DNA from: Leptogorgia sarmentosa | Taxonomy: Eukaryota | Assembly: GCA_964658305.1 (NCBI GenBank) | Contig: OZ210884.1 | Location: forward strand, 6,262,001 to 6,326,000 | DNA length: 64,000 nucleotides | Reading direction: 5' to 3' | Shown: positions 26,655 through 39,962 of the stretch, piece after piece | Numbering within the stretch: the stretch's first letter is position 1 | Layout: each line of letters begins with the position of its first letter | Made by a program: the position numbers and the translations under genes | Notes under the pieces: model-generated | What the model was told of the DNA's origin: nothing | Seen by the model: the letters and a program-made list of their open reading frames with translations, nothing else | Database searches by the model: none

Positions 26655-29209
26655 TTATTGCATGTCATTGTCATTAGGTTCTCGAGCCTGTTGTTGGTTT
26701 CGAGCCAATGATCTTCGTACTAATCTCTCGCATTGTCGTGGAGTAACCTCGTCTAAATCAGTCATATCAACAGTCGTGATTGTTCCTACATCAGCCTCAT
26801 CCGGGTGAACTGCTCGTGTACGTGTACGCGGTTCAGCTGGCGTTCGCTCTCGATAGACTTCGGCTGCTTCGGCCAATGTGTGCAGGAATGATATTCGTCG
26901 GGCGCGGACGGTGAATGGCTCAATTTCTCTGCCATTATATCTTATACGTCTTGTTCGGTTGTTGTTTAAACGCAGCACGTGGTGAAGAGTGTTGGCGAGA
27001 TGATCAACGGACGCCATGGCATTTCCCGCGAGTTCTAAATGGATATGATCTTCCACATGACCCATCAGATTTTCATTCTCAACTTCTTCACGGGTGAGAA
27101 GGACAATAACCTGGGTAAAAAACAAGTTCCTGCTATGTTGAAAACGAATTCCAATATGTGACAGTGTAAGCAGCGGATAACAACATCAACAAGCAACAAA
27201 CAATTCACTCCCCATGAATAGCCTTTTCTCAAAACGCCAAATCTTATTGTGTCATTTACGTAGTGAGTAGAACTTTTGCTGCTTGTTGATGTTGTTATCT
27301 GCTACCTACACTGGCCACATATTGAAGTTTGCATCTTATTGTGTCATTTACGTAGTGAGTAGAACTTTTGCTGCTTGTTGATGTTGTTTTTGGCTACCTA
27401 CACTGGCCAAATATTGAAGTTTACATCTTATTGTGTCATTTACGTAGTGAGTAGAACTTTTGTTGCTTGTTGTTGTTGATGTTGTTATTCGCTAGCTACA
27501 CTGGCCAAATATTGAAGTTTGCATTTTATTGTGTCATTTACGTAGTGAGTAGAACTTTTGCTGTTTTTTAATATGGTTTTACTAACCTGAGAAAGAAGTT
27601 TAGCTTGTTGAAGACGAATGTACTGCCCACCAGTAATGAGACTGAGTCCCATAAAGAAATCTCTGAACGCCCTGAGTGAGGGCTCACATCCAACACAATA
27701 CAAGATGATGCCCCTGGCTGCCATCTGATGACATATTGCTACTGGATCATGGTTGCTTGGGCATCCTCCAGGAATTTGGTCGCCAGCCGCACGCAAGCCA
27801 TGTGGTTGAGCATCACCTACAGAGAATGCAATTGCTTCTACTAACAGGAACTATCAACTGTTTGATAATTGGTAGACACATTATTTAAAACAATAGCTAA
27901 TTCAGAAGAATTTCAAACTTCTAAAGCTCATTGCATTCCACTTCAAGATCTGACATAATTTTTAAAATTAGTCACATCACTAATTCCTGCAGCCCAGCAT
28001 TTGAAGATTGGGTGCCCCCCCCCCCTTTTCAACCTTTCCCCTTCTCAGCCTAGGTTTCAACAAGTCTCAGTTAAAAGAAATAAAAGATACATTCAAGTGA
28101 TTAAAAACAGCAAAATGGATTTCTACTTCTAGCTAGTTCCAGTCCATTTACTCACAGTTAGGTCAGCTCTGAGTGCTGCAAACAACCTATACTAACCCTT
28201 ACCCACTGAATTAACTCAAAAATTATATAATGATAATAAATAGTAGAATAAAATAAAAAGCTTACCAATCCAGACACATATCTTTGTTGCTTGTGGTCTG
28301 TATGTGAGATTGAGGGCTTCATATAGACCATCAGCCACTGCTTCGGGAATATCTCCACCACCAGCCGCAGACATTCCATCCACCCAACCTGACAAAACAA
28401 CACGCAGGCATATGAAAAATAGAATTTCCCTTTGTTAGGAAAACATTTATCTCGCTTTCCAGGTAAAATATTTTGTTTGTATTTATTTAAAGTACAATTA
28501 CATACATTATGTGTAGCATTTGGCCAAGAATACATTATTTGTTTTTTATTTGCAAAATTCAATATCTATTGAAGGCAAATGATTCAGAAATGTTAATGTG
28601 TTTTTTTCACAATTATTTTGATCATGTGGTGGACTAGCCCGCCAAGTGCCTGGGCTAGCACGCTTCACTATAACCAATACAGGGAAGGTGGATACCTTAC
28701 CCTTGCTCAAGCAGAAGGTTGATGAAATGGGTTCGCCATCTTTCAGTTAAAAAAAATGCAATTTTGAATGTACATGAAAACAATACACGAAGTAAAATGT
28801 CAAACTAGCCTGGCTTGCAAAGTTAGCGTGATACATATAGAGTATAGCATATAAACAGTTGCTTCTGGTATTAAAGTTGTTGCAAATTAATGTTCGAAAA
28901 TATTCACCCTAGCACGCTGCACACACACAACAAAACACACGAACCTTTCATTTCGTTGACATTAGTTGTAAAATCATGAGATCTACTGATAAAAGAGGAG
29001 TCTTGTGGAGGGTGATCCCTGTATTCTACTAATGCAAGACGAACGTTGAATGCTGTTTTTGTAACTGTTTCTGCAATGAATGTAATGTTGCTCTGTGTTT
29101 GCGCTATATATGAACCCATAGAACCGGTACAATCTACGACAAAGGCCAGATCGACTTGCTGTGAGTCATGACGAGCATCCCACATAGTACGTGAGCGTAA
29201 CGATTCCAT
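26655..29209 (-). CDS. vWA-domain protein, paralogue B (4 exons)
   Basis: Exons 29209-28945, 28388-28266, 27816-27587, 27110-26655; DLAFVVDCTGSM, EYRDHPPQD, GGGDIPEAVADGL; same intron positions as paralogue A. Confidence 0.88.
27150..27565. repeat. About 90-bp tandem repeat (about 3.5 copies) plus an inverted partial copy; same family at about 50085-50150 and 50528-50590
   Basis: Unit ...GTGAGTAGAACTTTTGCTGCTTGTTGATGTTGTTATCTGCTACCTACACTGGCCACATATTGAAGTTTG... Confidence 0.85.
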
Positions 29210-29872
29210 GATGGTAACCTTCAAACAAAGTTTTCTTCTTCAATAAACCAACGATGCCTCGTACACAATTTGTTCACACAGCAGCCATTCCACTTCCACA
29301 TCGTCTCCAAGACCCTGGGAACGAGGTTGCATCGCCTCCCGGTTCGTATTTCGCACTCCGATGTTTGGCGAGTGTTCTAGCCGCAAAAAATATCGCCGAT
29401 GTGCGGCGATAGGTCGTAAAAATTGGGGACAATGATACCAGTAGCACCCAGTAGGCTAAACTTACTAAACTACCAACTACTGACAACTAGGCAACATCTA
29501 TTAAAGTATACCGACGCTAATGCCTGATCTTCCGTGAAAGCCTTAAATTTTTTCACGATTTCGCTTCGAGCAACTGAGTAGCGCCATTGAGTCTCGCTTC
29601 GAGCAACTGAGTCGCGATCGCGCCATTGAGTCGCGCCTCGAACAACTAAGTCGCGCCATTGGGTCTTGCCTTGAGCAACTGAGTCGCTACTCCCATGCCG
29701 CACCAATTATATTTGTTTTATTCAGTTCAATGGCCGCGTCATGACGGTAGCTTTTCCCGCGCATAATACAACATAATAATATAAAAGTTAAATGGACTTT
29801 AGGATTGAAATAGTAGGCCTACGAGTAAATACAAGTAATTTAGCTAAGCATTGACACTTCAAATTGTCATAT

Positions 29873-32800
29873 TTATTCCTCCGCGGCGTCTTTTTCAACG
29901 TTAAAAGGTTCTTCAACTGGAATAGCTCCACTGTCTTCAATAACACAGTCTTTTTTAGGCTTACTTTGGTCGGCATCAACATTCTCGATTTTCCTAACAA
30001 CGTTCTGCGAAATATATACAACATAAAAATTAGAATTAAATACAGTGGCGGCGGAACAGGGGGGCTAGGGGGCTAAAAGCCCCCTCAGAAGTAAAAGTGG
30101 GGGGGCTTAGCCCCCCCAAAAATACATAAAGAATGTCAGAATGCGAGACACTGAGTCATGAGATGATCAAATAATCTACACTCTACAGTATGCACTATGC
30201 ACAATTGCATATCCTGATATCCGTATTTTTGTAGATTTTGAACAATTTTTCAAAGTAGGAGACATCACTACAGTGACTACACGCTATGCCGTTTGTGTTT
30301 CCACCTAGACAAAAACTACGATAAACTTTTTTAAATTTAGCCCCCCCAAAATAGAATATGTTCCGCCGCCCCTGATTAAATAGATAGCATTCAATTAGCG
30401 AGACCATGTAATAACTTGAAATATGATTGAAATGTTGTTGTTTAGAATAGTGTCAAATGAACAATTTCTGCTGAAGAGTGAGCAATGAAAATTTCCGAAG
30501 TGAAGCTATTAAAATTAGTGAAACCCAAAGTTTGCTTGCGAAATGTTGTAAAATACAAAATACGGAAAATGTAGTCATGTAGAGTTGAAAATAGTTATAA
30601 ATAGTCCTGTAAAATTGGCAAATTTGTTTAGATTTGCATTATGTGCGGAAATTGTTATTGATACCTAAAGTAGTCCCACGTCGAGTTATCTACTAGACTA
30701 CTACATACCATTCCTTCTAAAACTTTGCCGAATACAACATGCTTCCCATCCAACCATGGTGTCTTCACAGTGGTTATAAAGAATTGGGAACCATTTGTGT
30801 CTTTCCCAGCATTGGCCATACTTAGCCATCCAGCACCATAATGAAGGATTTTGAAATTCTCATCTGCAAATTTCTCCCCATATATACTTTTGCCTATATG
30901 ATACACATCAGTGGTTAAACAAAATATTGATGACATGAGAATATATTTGAATGAAACCATCGAATAAAACACCCTGCCGATTGTTTTATCATATAGGCCG
31001 CTATTTCTGTTCCGTTATTTTTAAAAACAGGTTACAGTCCTTTGTCTGTCAAAAATGTAAACAAGTGTGGACCACACGTCAATTTGGTGGCTTTTCTCAT
31101 TTGGGAATATCAAATTTGCAGGATTTAGAGAAGTTTACATCGATTATACATCGTTTCAATGCTAGTCCTTGTGGTAAAAACTGAAATTCGGCGAGATACG
31201 CAAAAGGATAAACTTGTAAAGAAAGGCGGTGTAGCGCGCAAGAGAGTGTAACCTCCCTTTAAACTTTAACATTTGAAGACCCGTGTCAAAAATTTAGATT
31301 GATTGAAGTATCGCTGAAGGAACTAAAATATGAATCAACATTTTAAGTATACATTTAATTTAATATGAAGATAATTAATTATTTCTATAAAAACCATTAT
31401 TGCCCATACTGACTCGATATGCCATCAAAGCAGACAATTAACCTACCTCCAGTCCCATCACCTTTTGTAAAATCACCTCCTATAAATAAGAAACAAATTT
31501 GTGAATAAACAAAATCAACCGCTGTCCCTGGCATCTTGACTTTGATTTTAAGAAATATCAGTGAGCAGTTATGCTGTAAAAATGCAAAAAAATCTTGGAA
31601 ACACTAACTACTGTAATTGTAAAACCCATTGCCAACCAAAAACATATTATAAGGTATTAAACATACCCACCTTGAATCATAAAATCTTTAATTACGCGAT
31701 GAAATTTACTTCCTTTGTATCCAAAGCCTTTCTTCATAAATTAAAAAGTAATGCTACAATAAGCATTTCGTATGTTATATCTGCTGCTATAGTTTTAAAT
31801 CCAATGAAATAAATGCTGTACAGTATAAAAAATTCTCAACCACTAAGGTAGGGCTAAAAATGCTATTACATTGCACTAAAACAAAATGCCTTATTCAGAT
31901 TTAAAGAAGTAAAAAAACTAGTTTTCTGGCTAGCATATACAAAATAGTCAACAAACATTTTCAAAATATTTGATTTAGTCTATTAATGCTCAAACCTCAT
32001 GGGTAGCTAAGGCTTTAAAGTTTTCAACAGTCTTTGGTACGCTGCCACCGAACAAACCAATCACAATTCGACCAGCCTTTTCACCACCAATAGTTATATC
32101 AAAATAGACCTGAGTGAAAAATACAGCACAGTTTTTAAAATCTTTTATTTCATCTGTTTTATTGGTTAATTGATCAGAATCAGTTGGAAACTTGGGTGGG
32201 AAATGGTCAGCCAATGTCAGTCACTATTTCATTGCACAGCTAATGCTTAATAAACTTCAACTCCATTATGAAATTCTAAGCTTGACAGTTGACAGTTCAT
32301 TTCCACTAAATTGTTGCCTTTAATGTCAGTTGTATTAGGATCAGGATTAGGATTAAAGTTGTGCATGTGGATTATTGTAGGATTAAGATCAGAATCAGGG
32401 TAAGTTGTGCATTAGGATTAATGTGGAATCGGGTCTAGGATCATGATTAGAGTTGTGCATTAGGATTATTGTAGGATTAGGGTTAGGATCAGGATTAGGC
32501 ATATGATTACTACATGAATAGGTCTAGGATCAGGATTAGGGTTGTGCATTAGATGCCCCAATTATCGTTCAGTGCTATCCAGCCTTCACACAACAATAAA
32601 TTGAAACATACAGCCTGCAGTCATATGCTCAGTAAACATAAAATCAATTCTTTAGTAAAGCCCCTTTTTAATACACAACTAAATTTTCTTTGACAAATTT
32701 CATGTGTCAAATGCAGGCTGGAAACACTCTTTCAGTGCGCAAGATAGTCCCTCATTACTTCAACCAAACAAGGTTTGAGAATCAGAATGTGGAGCTGCAG

Positions 32801-32981
32801 TAACAGTCAAACCAAACCACTTCACTCCTGAGTGGCCGAGTCTCAACATCGGTAAATTTCCTACCTTATCAGTGACCTTGGGGCCTTTTGCTGCTGAAGC
32901 AGTTTTGGTATGAGATAACAGGTATACCAAGCAAACAATAACTGCTGAAACCGCGATAAAAGCCTTCATTTTTGACTTCAT
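29873..32981 (-). CDS. PPIB: Peptidyl-prolyl cis-trans isomerase B (ER cyclophilin), copy 1, 6 coding exons
   Basis: Hydrophobic N-terminus then KGPKVTDK | [21 protein letters not shown] | [20 protein letters not shown] | [11 protein letters not shown] | [14 protein letters not shown]...[16 protein letters not shown] | NVVRKIE...[14 protein letters not shown]. Confidence 0.93.
30043..30374. mobile_element. hAT-like MITE in the last intron of PPIB copy 1
   Basis: TIR CAGTGGCGGCGGAAC / GTTCCGCCGCCCCTG; 8-bp TSD ATTAAATA. Confidence 0.92.
32335..32552. repeat. Degenerate hexamer repeat (TTAGGA/TCAGGA/TTAGGG-like)
   Basis: Visible periodicity; a related tract in the opposite orientation is at about 8720-8768. 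Confidence 0.7.
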
Positions 32982-33415
32982 AAACGGCCTTTGGCTCTAT
33001 TGGTACAATACCATATAAAATTTGAGAGGTTGTAGCACCCCCCTGCATGTTTTTCAGTTTCTATGCTTTGATGTTCCCCCTGAAATTAACAGTTTTATTC
33101 CTCAGAATAAAAATATATATATATAATATAAACATTTACATCTAAATATACAAAGTTGTTTATTTTTTAAACTTTTGAGTTTTAAAAGAACAAAGCAAAA
33201 TGAAATGAATCGAATGGCTCCCCTTCAAACCACCACGTGTCTTTTGCAGGTCGATTCCACTAGTCGATTCTCGTTTCTGATTGGTTAAGAAAAATAAATC
33301 CGGTTTCTGATTGGTCCACGAGTACCTATATAGATAAATCTCACAAGGCTGGGAAGTCTCTCTTGCCTCACAGTTGCCTAGAAAATACGCTATATATAAA
33401 TAGGAGGTTAATAGC
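32982..33415. promoter_or_regulatory. Putative bidirectional promoter with ERSE-II (ATTGGTCCACG, 33310-33320), a second CCAAT box (33280-33284) and CCACGT (33233-33238)
   Basis: 434-bp spacer between divergent cyclophilin ATGs; exact match to the ERSE-II consensus ATTGG-N-CCACG. Confidence 0.65.
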
Positions 33416-35465
33416 ATGGCGTTCGTGAAATTCTCTTTAGTTTTTTTCGTGGCTTTGGCTAGCTGTTTAGCTGATAATGCCCCAACTAAGGTGACAAAGA
33501 AGTGTTATTTTGATGTAACAATTGGTGGGGGAAAGGCTGGCCGTATTGTCATTGGATTGTTTGGTGATGTTGTCCCTAAAACTGTCGAAAATTTCCATCA
33601 GCTTTGCACACACCAGGTAGCTATATTTGATAAGAGCATTACATTTATCGATACTCAGTACTGTAGCATTCGTACATTCATTCGTACAAGTTATTAGGTG
33701 CTAGCAGTTCCAGCTTAATTATATTCAACTACTGTATGAACTCAGATCAAAATGTGTTTGAATGCTTCACTGCAACAGAAATGTCTCATGTCTGGCATAT
33801 TCTGCCAGCCAGATAAACTGATAAAATCACTGCCCATAAATGCAATGGATTCTATTGTGTAAATAAAAAAGTGTAGTACTTAGGTGTATAACAGGGTGCA
33901 TTGGAGCTTGGACTTACTAGGAATAATTTTATTGCAATTTCTAGAAAGGTTATGGTTACAAGGGAAGCATTTTCCATCGAGTCATCAAAGATTTTATGAT
34001 TCAAGGTACTGTAACTATAGCTCAATTTTCAAACCTGCCTAAACCTAGTGATTATCTTTTCAGGACAAGTAGTAATAACTATATTAACATTTTATTTAAT
34101 CCAGACTTGCACATTTTTTATACAAAAGATTTTACCAGACACAGGGTATCATTGGGTTTTTCACAATATACTGTTTTTTAATTCATTTCCAGAAATTCAA
34201 AACAATTAAAAGTTATATATACCTAACTTTTCTTCATCTCTGCATCCTGTGTTTTTTTATAATATAAACAAATAAGTGGTATATTATATAACATAAAAAA
34301 ACAAATATCTATATTGGCAATGTTTACTACCAGAACCATACCAATATCAACTGAAAAAATGTTGTTCTATTACGTACTGTAGGTGGTGATTTTACTAACA
34401 AAGATGGAACAGGAGGTATTTGAAACATTGTCTTATAGACCTGAAATACTATAATAATTGCTCAAAATTCTACATGAAAATGTGAACTGCAAATTATTAT
34501 CCACATGTATGCTACATTGTATTCATCCCTAAGTTACTGCAATAAAACTTTTGCGAAGTTTTTAGTACACATATCTCCTGAGTATGAAGTTATAATGTGA
34601 TATTTAACAACTATTTGCCAAAGATGAAGTAATCATCAGTAAAATGCACCAACACTAAATCCATGAGAATATTTAATTACCATAATAACCTAGCCTGAAC
34701 CAACTATTTTTAAAATCATCTGTGAACTTAATTGTCAAAACAGCTAGTAGCTGTTTTGAAAGAACCCTTGGGTGATTCATTTATGCAGCATAGTTTAACC
34801 CTACCTTGTCAAGCATGCATTACACCGATCATTTTGGGATGGTCATTCTAAAAATGGTGAGTCTTCAATGGTTTAATTTTTGTTGTCATATTAATTAAGG
34901 AAAGAGTATCTATGGTGATCGCTTTGCTGATGAAAACTTCAAACTTACACATTACGGTGCTGGGTGGTTAAGTATGGCCAATGCTGGGAAAGATACAAAT
35001 GGTTCCCAATTCTTCATCACCACTGTAAAAACACCATGGTTGGATGGTCGTCATGTTGTATTTGGCAAAGTTTTGGAAGGAATGGTTAGTAATAATTGTG
35101 GATTTAAATTTAAACTTTACTAAGTAATGAGAACACAGGTATGCAAATAAATTCCCTGAAAAAACTTTTGTATAACAACCAATGAATTATTGATCATCAC
35201 TGTTGAACAGGAGTTTTAACAACAAAACAATGAAGACATTTTTTTCTTAGAACTGTTAAGAATGCCAAATCTGTTGCACCCCTAGCTTATTTGTATGCAA
35301 TTCTAAAACTTCAAACTTTCTTGTTTTCAGGATGTTGTGAGAAAGATCGAAAACAGCAGAACTGGTGCCAACGATAGACCAACTGCTGAAGTAGCCATTG
35401 CAGACTGTGGTGATTTGGTGGTTGAGAAACCATTCGATGTTGCGAAGGATGCTGCTAAGGAGTAA
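33416..35465 (+). CDS. PPIB: ER cyclophilin (PPIB-like), copy 2, 5 coding exons
   Basis: Exons 33416-33616, 33945-34005, 34383-34415, 34900-35084, 35331-35465; signal peptide, [29 protein letters not shown]-terminus [14 protein letters not shown]. Confidence 0.92.
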
Positions 35466-36897
35466 TTATCACTCCAGTTTCACTGCTGACTGTATTTTTA
35501 TGACGAAAGTCAATCTTGTAACTGTGTATACAACAGTATAGTTTTGGTAGTCAATTTTCAAATTAAATTTTTGATTCTCGGTACGAGTGCAGTTTTACTT
35601 TTAATAGTGCAGTGTATGTACTAATTTACATATTCGTTTTTTAAAATTTTTCCCCGTCTCAGGGGCCGCGGAAGATCGATCATTGGGGGGGATTTACGGT
35701 TAATCGAATTAACCGTAAATTAGTTTTCGAACCCTATAGGGCGTAATATTATAGAGCGTGCAGTGGTCGTGCAATTTTTGCGTCAATCGCGTGTCTGGGT
35801 GGAAACGTGAATGTTTGATTATGTTTCTGTGTGTGGCGATCAGCGATAGTTTTAGTTTCGACAATTTGACATAATAATGATTAAAGGCAAGGTTTAGTCA
35901 ATAATAATGTTTGCCAATTCTTTAGCCAAGGCTGTGATTGGCCTTCAGTTAATTAACTTAGTTTAAGCTTGGAGTAGCGCGCTAAGATCTCAAGAGCTTC
36001 TACTCGCCCGACTGAAGCCGAAACTTGCCGAGTCCGTGAAGATTTGGGGGTTTTTACACCCCCCCCCCCCCCCTTCTAGCGACGCCCCTGTTAACAACAG
36101 AAGCATTTGATTGGTTTGTTTACTTCTCTCGACGAATCAAATTATAAGAAATATATGGCGGTCAAATTGTAATTAGCTTGTTAATATACGCTAGGCATAT
36201 ATCGCACAGCATATAGTAAAATATAGTAAATAACTAAAAGGGCAACCAGGGGCCGCATTATGACATATCCCAGCAATAAAGTGAGGGGGCTAAAGTTGTT
36301 TTTATCAGTTTTATATTCTTTGTAGCATGTTATGACCTACACCGGCAATAAAGTAGGTACGTAAAGCCCACCCCAACAAATAGCCTCCGCGGCGCCTTGC
36401 AACTTTTTACGCAATTTACTGGCCAGAATAATGGCGGAACAGCCAGTTTAGCGTTTTTGTTGGCCAGAACAAGCCAATTGTAATAGTAATTGAACTCAAT
36501 TACTCTACTTATTGCCCAACATTCTGTGATTCAAGCTAGTTCACTGAAATAAAAACTACAGCCCTTTGGCGCCATCCGCGATAAGACAAACAGAATATTC
36601 TAGTTAGAAAAATTATTGCCCCGGCCAGCAACAGAAGTTGAAAATTATCAGCAACTGGAGAGGCAGAACACATTTTGGAAGTAAGATCTCATGAATGTGA
36701 AAAAATAATTTTTAATTTAAGTTTTTCCTGCATGGCGGCAGCCAAATAGTGGAGGGCGAAACCGGCTTTACATTCAACTTTATGCTACCCGCAACTGCTG
36801 TTGCAAAATCTATTGTGTGATAGCCCGGTACCAGATCCCGTGAATCCTTGTTATCATGAATGTAAATTTTAAATATTTTCAGTTATAACTTGTTGAA

Positions 36898-39800
36898 ATG
36901 ACACATTTCCCCCAAAAATTATGGATATTACTCTTCTTGATTTCAACATTTTACCTTCGGCCATCCCACGGGCAGAGGACACATGCGACATTGGTGACGA
37001 GAAAAGTGTTTTTTGATATTTCAATAGGAAAAAAGCCTGTAGGTCGGATTATATTTGGATTGTTTGGAAACACAACGCCAAAAACTGTCACGAATTTTGT
37101 TTCTTTGAGTGACCACGAGGTGAGTTCTATATGTGTAGAAACTGGGACGATCTTATTAGTTTAATAGCTTTTAGTTTAACACCAATATTTGGTATTGTAC
37201 ACTCGTCGTGAAAAATCAACCATGAGTCCATGAACCATGTTATATATAAATACTCATGAGTCCAAGACATATAGTTACAATGAATTCTATAGTTGCAACT
37301 CATTGCATTTACGTCCCAGTCTCCTAGAAGCCCGATGCATCATGCGTTTGAATAAATTGTGTCGAACAGTTCGATTTTGTTTTAGTTTGGGTATGGATAC
37401 AAAGGATCGGTGATTCATAGATCTGTTAAGAGCTTTATGATCCAAGGTATGCTACGAGGCCAACAAGGAAGAGGGGGAGGAGTACATGAAGGGGAAAACA
37501 ACCCAGAACCCGGACTGCTCAAGGAGGAGGGGGGGGGGGGGGCGAAGTGTCGGCAAAATGTTGACATCGTGTTGTACTTTGGCTTCACTTTAAGCATGCT
37601 CTAAGACCCAGTTTACACGGTACCGGATCCACTTCCTCACGATTTCAAATTTAAAAGTTTCAAGACGAGAGTGGCTGTTAAATCAATGATAATATTACAG
37701 AATTTAATAACAACTAATGATACAAAAAGTGGTTAAAAATATCGCCTAAAACTCACCGAAGTCACTGTCGTGATTACGCGAATCCAGTACCGTGTAAATG
37801 GAGTCTAAATTATGTATGTTTTGTTGCTCAGTACTGTCTGCACGTTGATTGATGGTCGTAAAACAGGCCGGAGTCCTGTGCTCGCTCGTTCAATGTACTC
37901 GACTTTCATTTTTACACAGGTGGAGACTTCACAAAGGGCGATGGAACTGGAGGTACAGTATTTTTAACTGTATCGTAAAGTAGGAAGATGTAAAACATAT
38001 GGAGACATTGGGGTCTGTTCATTGCACTCTTTTGTTGTTGCAAAATACTGCGGAAATGTCACTTTATGCTCCACAGACACCAGAATATTCACGTATGGCA
38101 CTTTCGATCTTTGATCGTGTCTTGTAGGTCATGTTGTGTTGCCCTGTCGTTCTTTGTAACGTGTTTGAATTGAAGTTTGTTGATGTAATGTGTAGGGAGA
38201 GAACTTAATTTGGGACTCTTCACTCTTGTTGTCCGTCCCTACACTCGTTTTATGATTGTAAGGTTAAATTAATTAGAAAACAAACAATGGTCATTTCTTT
38301 TTCAGACTTCTGCCTGCATCGTTATGTCAGTGTATGTAAAACATCTAACTTCATGTCACTCGTTCATATAGCCAGGGCGTACTTTTTTTCGTGCAAATAA
38401 AATCTTTACCTGTTTAAAAACCGGCCATTATATCGATCTTATTTTAATTTATCGATCATTTTCCAGGAAGTGGGGTGTATGTCGCATGCCCAACACTGCA
38501 CCCTTTGCTACGCCCCTGTCTTTATTCGCGGCCAACTTGTAGCTCTACTGCTTAATAAGTTTTCTTCAGTTTAGCTCACGTTCATTAATTCATAAAAAAG
38601 TAGTCAGTTCTTTTACTGGACTATACGTATATCTGATTTTGACGGTTTCAGAAATTGTTATCACGGCCTTTGAACACAGTAATATTTACAAAGCATAACA
38701 AAATTCTAGCGGTGACTCCGCCATTGACGATATCTATAGTGTGTCACAAGAAAAATCACTCTGTAACGTTTGAAAATTGTAATAGAGTCATTGTTCATTT
38801 AGATTTATACGGCGTGATACAAATCGAAATCGTAGTTTCAGCGACAGGTTTTGGGTTTTTAGGTAAAAGTATTTATGGCAAGTATTTTGCGGATGAAAAT
38901 TTCATTATTAAGCATTATGGCAGTGGTTGGTTATGTATGGCAAATGCTGGTAAAGACACAAATAGTTCACAGTTCTACATCACTTTGGCAAGGACGGCAT
39001 GGCTTGATGGACATCACACGTGTTTTGGAAAAGTTCTTAAAGGAATGGTGAGCTACTAATGGACCTTTCCCTTTTAGGCGAACTTTTGAATTAAGAAAAT
39101 TCGTTAGCACAGCTGGAAAGGGCGTCATTTATTGAAATTAGTGGGGCGCAGCATTGAATACAAACGAATTTAATTGGTAGAAACGGATAAATAAACTTGG
39201 CAAACACTAACTAAAAAAAGAATGGTAAAACTGTAAAGTTTGGATACAAAATATCATAAATTAGTTTGACTGCAAATTTTGTATACTTTTGCAATTTGTA
39301 CTACGCACAGAAAGGTAACAATTAGATTTGAAATCTGAATAAAGGAGAGTTGACTCTTCTCTAAGTGCGAATTAAACTGATGGCACGGCGGGTTGCAGGG
39401 GCCGCGGAAGCACCTCAAAAGTGGGGGGGCACAATCAAAAAAGGGCACGGATGAAAAAGGGCACATTTACCCTTTGTATACAAAATTGGGGGTTTATGTA
39501 TGGGGACTTGCTCCCAATGCCGTATAAAATACTGACATTAATGATTAATTACATTATTATATCAAGCGCACACTATATGACACAAAAGGCCCTATATAAC
39601 ACAAAAAGGGCACAAATCTAATCGAAAAAAGGGCACATTTTCTCGTTTTCAAAAAGTGGGGGGGGGGGGGGGCACCGTGCCCCAGTGCCCCCTGTTCCGC
39701 GGCCCTTGGCGGGTTGTAAATGATTTTACCCTACTGAATTCAATACTGAGAAATACGATTATCATATTATATAAGTTAGTTTTGGAAATATGCAAAGTAT

Positions 39801-39962
39801 TCTAATATCAGAATTAAAACTTTCTTATTCCAGGATATTGTCAGAAAGATAGAAGCTGTGCCAACTGACAATCAAAGTCGACCAAAATCACCTGTGGAAG
39901 TAGTTCATTCTGGAATTCTTGCACTCGAGAAGCCATTTGAAGTTGCAATGACCAGTGTTTAG
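36898..39962 (+). CDS. Divergent ER cyclophilin (PPIB/PPIC-like), copy 3, 5 coding exons
   Basis: Exons 36898-37119, 37386-37446, 37920-37952, 38863-39047, 39834-39962; signal peptide, [40 protein letters not shown]. Confidence 0.9.
37605..37805. mobile_element. Tourist/PIF-Harbinger-like MITE
   Basis: Ends GACCCAGTTTACACGGTACCGGAT / ATCCAGTACCGTGTAAATGGAGTC; TAA on both sides. Confidence 0.8.
39396..39708. mobile_element. hAT-like MITE in cyclophilin copy 3 intron
   Basis: TIR CAGGGGCCGCGGAA / TTCCGCGGCCCTTG; 8-bp TSD GCGGGTTG. Confidence 0.92.

Noticed and set aside
32335..32552. Interstitial telomere
   Set aside because: Mostly TTAGGA/TCAGGA variants with few true TTAGGG units; treated as a simple degenerate repeat.
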